Assembly: GCA_016184305.1 (NCBI GenBank)
Contig: JACPCX010000119.1
Location: 1 to 26,531, forward strand
Reading direction: 5' to 3'
Length of the DNA stretch: 26,531 bases
DNA from: Candidatus Rokuibacteriota bacterium
GTDB taxonomy: Bacteria > Methylomirabilota > Methylomirabilia > Rokubacteriales > CSP1-6
Part shown: positions 1 through 6,579 of the stretch, one piece after another
Numbering within the stretch: position 1 is the first letter of the stretch
How the letters are laid out: every line of letters begins with the position of its first letter
Notes under the pieces: generated by a model
Told to the model about the DNA's origin: nothing
The model's database searches: none
Seen by the model: only the letters and a program-made list of their open reading frames with translations
Translations under genes and position numbers: made by a program

Positions 1-896
1 GTCACGAAGGCCGGGAGGCCGCGCGCGTGCATGTCCTTGCGCCCGGCGTCGGCGGCGGCTCGACTCGGATAGTCGCCGACCCGGACGAGGTGCTCCGTCC
101 TGGGCGCCACGTCCCCGACGCGGCGAATCTTCACGCTGAGCCCTTCGGCCGCGAGGCGGCGCGAGAGGGCCACCGCCTCGCGCAGGTCGAGCGCGGGCCT
201 GACGGCCACCACGGCGCCTGCTTGCTGGGCTGTGCCACTTCCCCGAAGCGCCGCGGTCACCGCCGCCACGCTCGCCCCGTTGACGACCACCTCGTGACGG
301 CTGCCCACTGCGGAGGAGCCGCGGCTGACCTTCACCACCTGGACCGGCACCTTCTGCGCTCTGAGGGTGTTCGCCAGCCGCTCCGCGTTCGTTGCGTCCT
401 GGAAAACCCCGACCTGCACCCAGTACCTGCCGGTGCCGGCCGGGGCCGGCGCTGAGGCGTCACGCGAGCCCGCCTTGGCCGCTGGCTTCCGCGGCTCGAC
501 CGTCGGCCCTTTCGACGTGGGCGCCGACGGCGCGCTGTCCTGCCGGGGCCTGGTCTGTGCCGCGGCCGCCGGTGGCCGCTCGACCGGTGGAACGGGCTGG
601 ATCGATTCGGTCTTGCCAGGGGCCGGTGCCGGCGCTGCCGGCGACTCTGCCTTCGAGCTCATCGCAGGGATTGCGGTTGGCGCCTGTGCGGGTGGGGGTA
701 TCACCTTCGCGCCCGGGCGCTCGACGGGCGGTGTGCCGTCCAGCCAGCGGAGCACGTACGGCACGGAGACCGCGAGAATCACCGCCAGCGCCCCGAGCAC
801 GAAGAGCGCGCGGAGCCACCCGGAGGCGAGAAGGCTCCGCGGAGAGAACCGCCCGGGTTCGTCGTCGTCGAGGTACTCGTCTCGGTGTGGGCTCAC
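1..896 (-). CDS. Membrane-anchored SPOR (peptidoglycan-binding) domain protein, DedD/FtsN-like architecture; 3' end runs off the window
   Basis: Not in the ORF track because it has no stop in the window. My translation from GTG 896 gives MSPHRDEYLDDDEPGRF, then a TM helix (WLRALFVLGALAVILAVSVPYVL), a Pro/Ala-rich linker, and SPOR-type motifs YWVQVGVFQDATNAERLANTL and HLVRVGDYPSRAAADAGRKDM. Confidence 0.8.
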   Translation of the reverse strand, partial: MSPHRDEYLDDDEPGRFSPRSLLASGWLRALFVLGALAVILAVSVPYVLRWLDGTPPVERPGAKVIPPPAQAPTAIPAMSSKAESPAAPAPAPGKTESIQPVPPVERPPAAAAQTRPRQDSAPSAPTSKGPTVEPRKPAAKAGSRDASAPAPAGTGRYWVQVGVFQDATNAERLANTLRAQKVPVQVVKVSRGSSAVGSRHEVVVNGASVAAVTAALRGSGTAQQAGAVVAVRPALDLREAVALSRRLAAEGLSVKIRRVGDVAPRTEHLVRVGDYPSRAAADAGRKDMHARGLPAFV

Positions 897-905
897 GCTG
901 GCGAA

Positions 906-933
906 ATGGTAGCACAGAGCCACGGCCTGTAAA
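906..933 (-). promoter_or_regulatory. Putative sigma70 promoter for the SPOR gene
   Basis: Minus strand reads TTTACA (933-928), 16 nt, TACCAT (911-906), with an extended -10 TGn (TGC). It lies in an AT-rich intergenic patch, 9 nt before the GTG start. Confidence 0.55.
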
Positions 934-1026
934 TCAATTTTCCTCAGCGTTCTGGCTAGTTAGGGGCTGTCAGCTAAGAGAGCTGCACGCCCCGAGGGAT
1001 CTCTCTGGCCGGGTGGGCGGTCGGGG

Positions 1027-2373
1027 CTACCTTCGGGCGGAGCCGGACGACCGCCCCGCCGGCTTCCCGCCGCTCTTGCGGAAGAGGATGCGCACCGGAG
1101 ATCCCGCGAACGCGTGGGCGTGCCGCAGGGAGTTGACGAGGTACCGCTCATAGGAGAAGTGGATCTTGTCGGGCAGGTTCACGCGCAGCGCGAAGGTGGG
1201 CGGAGAGACCGCCACCTGCTGGGCCGACTGAATCCGCAGCGGAACGCCGCGCGAGGACATGGGCCGTCGCTCGACCGCGGTGCGGAAGATGGTCAGGAGC
1301 TCGCCCGGCTGGAGGCGGCGCTGCGCCTCGGCCGCCACCCTGTCCACCAGGTCGAACAGCTCGCCGAGCCCGGCCCCCTCGAGCGCGGAGGTGAAGCAAA
1401 CGGGTGCGTAGTCGAGGAACGGGAGGCGATCGTAGATCTGCCCCACGATGTCGGCCTTCTGCACCGAGCCCCGCGGCACGAGATCCCACTTGTTGACCGC
1501 GACCACGAGGGCCCGTCCCGCGTCATGGGCGTAGCCCGCGATGTGGGCATCCTGTGCCGTCACGCCTTCGGAGGCGTCGAGGACGAGAACCGCCACCTGA
1601 CACCGCTCCAGGCTCTTGAGCGCCATCACCACGGAGAGTTTCTCGAGGGGCTCGGAGACGCGGCCCTTCCGGCGGATGCCGGCCGTGTCGACGAGCACGT
1701 AGGGACGGTCGCGGAACGTGAACGGTGTGTCGACCGAGTCGCGCGTGGTCCCGGGCGCCTCGTGGACCAGCACCCGGTGGTGGCCGAGCACGGCGTTCAC
1801 GAGGGAGGACTTGCCCACGTTGGGCCGTCCCACGATGGCGACGCGCGGCCCCCCGCCTTCTGGTGCAGCCACGGGGACGGGCGCGGTCTCCCGGATCGCC
1901 TCGAGGAGCTCGGCCACGCCGCGCCCGTGCTCGGCGGAGATGGGCAGCACCTGCCCGAAGCCGAGGCGGTAGCACTCGCCCAGCGCCGCCTCCTGCCCCG
2001 CGCCGTCGATCTTGTTCGCGGCCACGACCACCGGGCGCTGACTCCGGCGCAGCGTGGCGGCGATCTCCGTCTCGAGGGGGGTGAGTCCCTGGCGGGCATC
2101 GACGACGAACACGATCGCGTCCGCCTCGGCGATGGCGACCATGATCTGTTCCCTCACGGCGGTCATGATGTCCGAGGTGATGCCGGGCTCGAAGCCCCCC
2201 GTGTCCACCACGGTGGCCTGCCAGCGCTCGAACGTGACGGTCCCGTACAGGCGATCACGCGTCACGCCGGGCACGTCGCGGACCAGCGACTGACGCCGGC
2301 CGACCAGGCGGTTGAAGAGCGTGGACTTGCCCACATTGGGCCGTCCCACGATGGCGATGATCGGGCGAATCAC
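1027..2373 (-). CDS. der: Ribosome biogenesis GTPase Der (EngA)
   Basis: Two tandem G domains (AIVGRPNVGKS twice; DTGG/DTAG; NKID/NKWD; GVTRD/GTTRD) and a C-terminal KH-like region (SYERYLVNSLR..FAGSPVR). Confidence 0.97.
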   Translation of the reverse strand: MIRPIIAIVGRPNVGKSTLFNRLVGRRQSLVRDVPGVTRDRLYGTVTFERWQATVVDTGGFEPGITSDIMTAVREQIMVAIAEADAIVFVVDARQGLTPLETEIAATLRRSQRPVVVAANKIDGAGQEAALGECYRLGFGQVLPISAEHGRGVAELLEAIRETAPVPVAAPEGGGPRVAIVGRPNVGKSSLVNAVLGHHRVLVHEAPGTTRDSVDTPFTFRDRPYVLVDTAGIRRKGRVSEPLEKLSVVMALKSLERCQVAVLVLDASEGVTAQDAHIAGYAHDAGRALVVAVNKWDLVPRGSVQKADIVGQIYDRLPFLDYAPVCFTSALEGAGLGELFDLVDRVAAEAQRRLQPGELLTIFRTAVERRPMSSRGVPLRIQSAQQVAVSPPTFALRVNLPDKIHFSYERYLVNSLRHAHAFAGSPVRILFRKSGGKPAGRSSGSARR

Positions 2374-3707
2374 CTGGCCCCCGCCGTGGCGACGAGAGCG
2401 GCCAGGAGGGCTCCCGGGGAGGCCTCCACCGCCGTGACAGGCACCCCGAGCGAGGCCGCGAGGTCGGCCGGCGTCAGGTCGTCGAGGAACACTCCGGCGC
2501 TGTCACGGAGGGCCACCGCGGGAACCAGGACCTCTTCCCCGAGCGGACCGGCAGCGAGTTGCGCCTGGATGTCGCGCCCGGTGAGGAGGCCGGTCACCTC
2601 GATGGTGCCGCCAAACCACTCGTTCCGGACGGCCACGACCGTCGCCGCCAGCCCCTTCACGCTGACCCGTCGAAGGAGCGCGCGCATGCGAGGAGCGAAC
2701 ATCTCCCCCGTCACCACGGTGACCCGGCGTTCGCGGCCCAGGTCCGATGGCAGGCCGGGGAGCACGTGAGCGAAGCCGTCCTCGAAGCGGCGCACCAGCC
2801 CGATGCCATCCTCGGCAATGGCGAAGCCCTCGTAGGCCGGTGCCGCGGGGAGTGGCATCCCGCTCTGCAGGTAGACCTCGTCGGAGGCCCAGACGAAGCG
2901 GCTCCCGAGTCGAGCGAGGCAGTCGCGCTGCCAGCCCTGGATGGTCTGGACGAGTGCCCGCGCCTCATCCGCGGTGAGCGCCCGCAGCCGCGGCAGTCGC
3001 CCGCGGTGTTTCGTGAGGCCCACCGGGACCACGGCCATCGTGGCGACGGCCGGGAACAGCGCCGACAGCTCGCGAAAGGAGCGAGCGAGGTGCTCGCCGT
3101 CGTTCCAGCCGGGGCACAGGACGATCTGGGCGTGCATCCGGATGCCGCTCCGGGCGAGGCGCTCCATGAGCGGCAGCAGATCGCGTTTCACTCGTGGCTG
3201 CCCGAGCATCTGGTGGCGCAGCTCCATGTCGGTCGCGTGCACGGATACGTACAGCGGCGACAGCCGCTGCTCCTCGATGCGGCGGAGGTCCGGCTCCTCG
3301 AGGTCCGTCAGGGTGATGTAGTTGCCGTGGAGAAACGACAGCCGGAAGTCGTCGTCCTTCACGTAGAGACTCTTGCGCATGCCCCGCGGCAGCTGGTGGA
3401 TGAAGCAGAAGACACACGTATTCGCGCAGGTGGAGATCTCCCCCGGCCGGGGCGCCAGGAGCTCGAGCCCGAGGTCCGGGCCCCGCCGCTCGAGCCGTGC
3501 GGCGACCGCCTGACCCTGCCGGTCGAGGGTGAGCGTGAGCCGCTCCTCGCCACTCTGGTAGTGGAAGTCGATGACATCGCGGAGGAGATGGCCGTTGATG
3601 GCGACGATGCGGTCGCCGGGGCGAAGCCCGGCACGCGCCGCCGGTGTCTGCGCGCGTACCGCCGCCACCACCACGCCCGCGGGGGCGTCGACCGCTGTCT
3701 TCGGCAC
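2370..3707 (-). CDS. DUF512 / TIGR03279-type putative radical-SAM-like Fe-S protein with N-terminal PDZ domain
   Basis: PDZ-like N-terminus (PAARAGLRPGDRIVAING), CxxxCxxC motif (CANTCVFC), and family motifs KDDDFRLSFLHGNYITLT, SPLYVSVHATD, VLCPGWNDG, VVPVGLT, EDGIG, VTGLLTGRD, FLDD. Confidence 0.9.
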   Translation of the reverse strand: MPKTAVDAPAGVVVAAVRAQTPAARAGLRPGDRIVAINGHLLRDVIDFHYQSGEERLTLTLDRQGQAVAARLERRGPDLGLELLAPRPGEISTCANTCVFCFIHQLPRGMRKSLYVKDDDFRLSFLHGNYITLTDLEEPDLRRIEEQRLSPLYVSVHATDMELRHQMLGQPRVKRDLLPLMERLARSGIRMHAQIVLCPGWNDGEHLARSFRELSALFPAVATMAVVPVGLTKHRGRLPRLRALTADEARALVQTIQGWQRDCLARLGSRFVWASDEVYLQSGMPLPAAPAYEGFAIAEDGIGLVRRFEDGFAHVLPGLPSDLGRERRVTVVTGEMFAPRMRALLRRVSVKGLAATVVAVRNEWFGGTIEVTGLLTGRDIQAQLAAGPLGEEVLVPAVALRDSAGVFLDDLTPADLAASLGVPVTAVEASPGALLAALVATAGAR

Positions 3708-3710
3708 CCC

Positions 3711-4259
3711 TCAGCTCCGGCCGATCACACCCGGCGGCGGGTTGATCTGCTTGAGCCCCTGGATGAGGTACTGGAGCCCCGAGGCCACGGTCAGCACCGC
3801 CGCAGCCCAGGCGAAGGCTTTCGGGACGATGGGCACGTCGAAATAGAAGAAGAGCATGGCCGCCAGGACCGTCGCCATCTGGAAGACGGTGGAGGCCTTG
3901 CCGAGCCACGTGGGCGCTGGCTGGATGGTGCCCCCCGAGATGTGGATCACCAGCACTCCCACGGTGAGAATAAGATCGCGGCTCACGACCACGGCCGTGA
4001 TCCAGAACGGGATGACTCGCAGATAGGCCAGCGTGACGAACGCCGAGGTGAGCAGGAGCTTGTCAGCGACCGGATCGAGAAATGCGCCCAGCCGGGTCTT
4101 CTGGCCGTGGGTGCGCGCGATGTAGCCGTCGAGCAAGTCGGTGAGGCTCGCCAGGCAGAACACCACGAACGCCGCGGTGGCCCGCCGGTACACCAGCAGG
4201 GTCACGAAGACGGGGATCAGCAGGATGCGCAGTGTGGTGAGCCAGTTTGCGAGTCCCAT
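3711..4259 (-). CDS. pgsA: CDP-alcohol phosphatidyltransferase (PgsA-like)
   Basis: ANWLTTLRILLIP and signature LTDLLDGYIAR..KTRLGAFLDPVADK, plus several hydrophobic helices. Start moved to ATG 4259 (MGLAN) from the ORF-track start at 4295. Confidence 0.88.
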   Translation of the reverse strand: MGLANWLTTLRILLIPVFVTLLVYRRATAAFVVFCLASLTDLLDGYIARTHGQKTRLGAFLDPVADKLLLTSAFVTLAYLRVIPFWITAVVVSRDLILTVGVLVIHISGGTIQPAPTWLGKASTVFQMATVLAAMLFFYFDVPIVPKAFAWAAAVLTVASGLQYLIQGLKQINPPPGVIGRS

Positions 4260-4285
4260 GGGATCGAGGGGGCTGCTGCCGCCTG

Positions 4286-4294
4286 ATTGTAGCA
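4286..4294 (-). promoter_or_regulatory. Extended -10 promoter element upstream of pgsA-DUF512-der
   Basis: TGCTACAAT (TGn plus 5/6 match to TATAAT) in the hflX-pgsA gap; no clear -35. Confidence 0.55.
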
Positions 4295-4342
4295 CCGGCC
4301 CTCGGCCGGCCGGCGGGAAAGCGCCTCGGGATTCGGCTGCCC

Positions 4343-5596
4343 TCAGCCGGCGTCGCGGTAGGGCTCGAGCGGGCCGAGCAGACGCGGCGGCAGCTCGACC
4401 TCGAGCCGGATGCCGTCGGGCTCGTCGGAGCGCGCCAGGACGCGCCCGCGATCGTAACAGAGCGACAGGGCCAGGCCATCCCGGTAGGGGATCCGCAAGA
4501 CCGCCCGCTCCACCCGGCCGCGCAGCGCGCTGTCGATTCGATCCAGCAGGCGATCCATCCCCGCGCCGGTGTGCGCCGAGATGGGGACGCCGTCGAAGCG
4601 CTTGACCAGCATCCGCGGCGGCGCGCCGCCTTCCAGCTTATCGATCTTGTTCAGCGCCACGACGGTCGGGCGGCCCACCAGCCCCAGCTCGGCCAGGAGG
4701 CTCTCCACCGCCGCTGCCTGCTCCTCGAGACCCGGATGGCTCGCATCCAGCACGTGGACGAGCAGGTCGGCTTGCTCCAGCTCCTCGAGCGTGGCCTTGA
4801 ATGCCTCCACGAGCTGATGCGGCAGCTTCCGGATGAACCCGACAGTGTCGGTGAGGATGAACGGCGAGTGCTCCCCGCCGGCGACGAGCCGGGCCGTGGG
4901 GTCGAGGGTGACGAAGAGCTGGTCAGCCGCCGGCCGGCCGGCGCCCGTGAGCCGGTTGAGGAGCGTGGTCTTCCCTGAATTGGTGTACCCGACGAGCGCC
5001 ACCACCGAGAACCCCGTCGCCTTCCTCCGCTCCCGCACGCGACGGCGGTGGGAGCGTACCCGCCGGAGCTCACCCCGGATCTTCTCGATGCGGTGGCGGA
5101 TGATGCGCCGGTCGGACTCGAGCTGCGTCTCCCCTGGGCCTCGGGTTCCGATCCCGCCGCCGAGCCGCTCCAGGTGCTTCCACTGCCTCACGAGCCGCGG
5201 CAGCAGGTACGATAGCTGCGCCAGCTCCACCTGGAGCTTGCCCTCCATGCTGCGGGCCCGCTGGGCGAAGAGGTCGAGGATGAGAGCGGTCCGGTCGATG
5301 ACCTTGAGGCCCAGCGACCCCCCGAGGTTCCGCTCCTGCACGGGAGACAGCGGGTCGTCGGAGATCATGAGGTCGGCACCGTGCTGGCGCGACCATTCCC
5401 GGAGATCCTCCACCTTTCCCTTGCCGAAGTACAGTGCCGGTGTCGGCGCCTTCCGCTCTTGCGTGACGCGACCCACCACCTCTGCCCCGGCCGACTCCGC
5501 CAGCCGCTCCAGCTCGTCCAGTGACTCCTCCACCTCGAAGCGCCGCTGGGTCGGGAGCCGGACGGCGCCCAGCACGGCTTTCTCGCGTCCGGTCAC
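4343..5596 (-). CDS. hflX: GTPase HflX
   Basis: LKVIDRTALILDLFAQRA, EGKLQVELAQL, GGGIGTRGPGETQLE, G1 GYTNSGKT, LFVTLDPT, DTVGFI, NKID. Start placed at GTG 5596, which forms a GTGA overlap with the miaA stop and has AAGGAGG upstream. Confidence 0.96.
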   Translation of the reverse strand: MTGREKAVLGAVRLPTQRRFEVEESLDELERLAESAGAEVVGRVTQERKAPTPALYFGKGKVEDLREWSRQHGADLMISDDPLSPVQERNLGGSLGLKVIDRTALILDLFAQRARSMEGKLQVELAQLSYLLPRLVRQWKHLERLGGGIGTRGPGETQLESDRRIIRHRIEKIRGELRRVRSHRRRVRERRKATGFSVVALVGYTNSGKTTLLNRLTGAGRPAADQLFVTLDPTARLVAGGEHSPFILTDTVGFIRKLPHQLVEAFKATLEELEQADLLVHVLDASHPGLEEQAAAVESLLAELGLVGRPTVVALNKIDKLEGGAPPRMLVKRFDGVPISAHTGAGMDRLLDRIDSALRGRVERAVLRIPYRDGLALSLCYDRGRVLARSDEPDGIRLEVELPPRLLGPLEPYRDAG

Positions 5597-6579
5597 TCGA
5601 TCAGTCCCTCCTTCGTCAGCTGCTGCGCGATGGCGTCGGCGGCTCCGTCGAGCCCGCCGAGCGCGTCCACGTTGATCCACCGGATCTCCGGGTCCCGGGC
5701 GAACCACGTCATCTGCCGCTTCGCGTAGCGCCCGGTGTCGCGGATCATGAGACGGATCGCGTCCGCCTCCGGCATCCGTCCCCTGACCACCGCGCAGAAG
5801 TGGCGGTAGCCGATGCCGCCCATGGCCGGAAGCGTCTCGGCGAAGCCGGCGGTGAGGAGCCGTCTCACCTCCTCGATCATCCCACGGGCGACCATACCCT
5901 GCACGCGATCCGCGATCCGGCGGCGAAGGATCTCGCGCGGCTGGCAGAGGCCCACCATGACCAGCCTGAAGGGGGGAATCGCGGTCGCCCAGCTACTCAC
6001 GGGGCGCCGCTCCCCGGCGCGGCCCTCCGGGCTCCCCGCGAGCGCGATCTCAAGAGCCCGGATGACACGCACGCGATCGTTCGGATGGAGGCGGTCGGCG
6101 GCAACGGGATCGTGCTCGCGCAGCCGGCCGTGCAGCACCGCCGAGCCCTGGGTGCGCCCCATGGACTCGAGCTCCCGCCGGAGGGCGGGGTCGGCCGCCG
6201 GCGCCGGGTCGAGTCCCTTGAGGAGGGCGCGCACGTAGAGGCCGGTGCCGCCCACCACGGCTGGCAGTCGACCCCGGCCCCGGATCTCGGCGAGGGCGCG
6301 GCGGGCGTCGTTGCGGAACCGCGCCGCGTGGTAGCGCTCGTGCGGCTCCACGACGTCGATGAGGTGGTGGGGCACCACCCGCAGCTCGTCCGGCGAAGGC
6401 TTTCCGGTGCCGACGTCCATGCCGCGGTAGACCTGGCGCGAATCGGCGCTCACCACCTCGAGCGGTATCCGGCCCGCGAGGCGCACCGCGACGGCGGTCT
6501 TGCCCACTGCCGTGGGCCCCACGATGACGAGCAAGGGGGGCTGCGGCTCGCCGCCTCGCTCCGCTCGGGGGATCTCCAT
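5593..6579 (-). other. miaA: MiaA moiety; possible independent internal start at ATG 6579 (328 aa)
   Basis: Complete IPP-transferase motifs. ATG 6579 has GAGG 9 nt upstream, within the repeat element. Confidence 0.85.

Noticed and set aside
959..968. Shared AGCCC(C)TAAC word upstream of the SPOR and ihfB promoters
   Set aside because: Only two instances at different distances from the -35; insufficient support.
971..1006. Inverted repeats after der (AGAGAG/CTCTCT; CAGCT-N5-AGCTG) as a terminator or operator
   Set aside because: Short stems, an irregular loop and no U-tract; not distinguishable from chance.
4295..4309. Hairpin CCGGCC-CTC-GGCCGG after hflX
   Set aside because: No U-tract, and short GC-only stems are expected at this composition.
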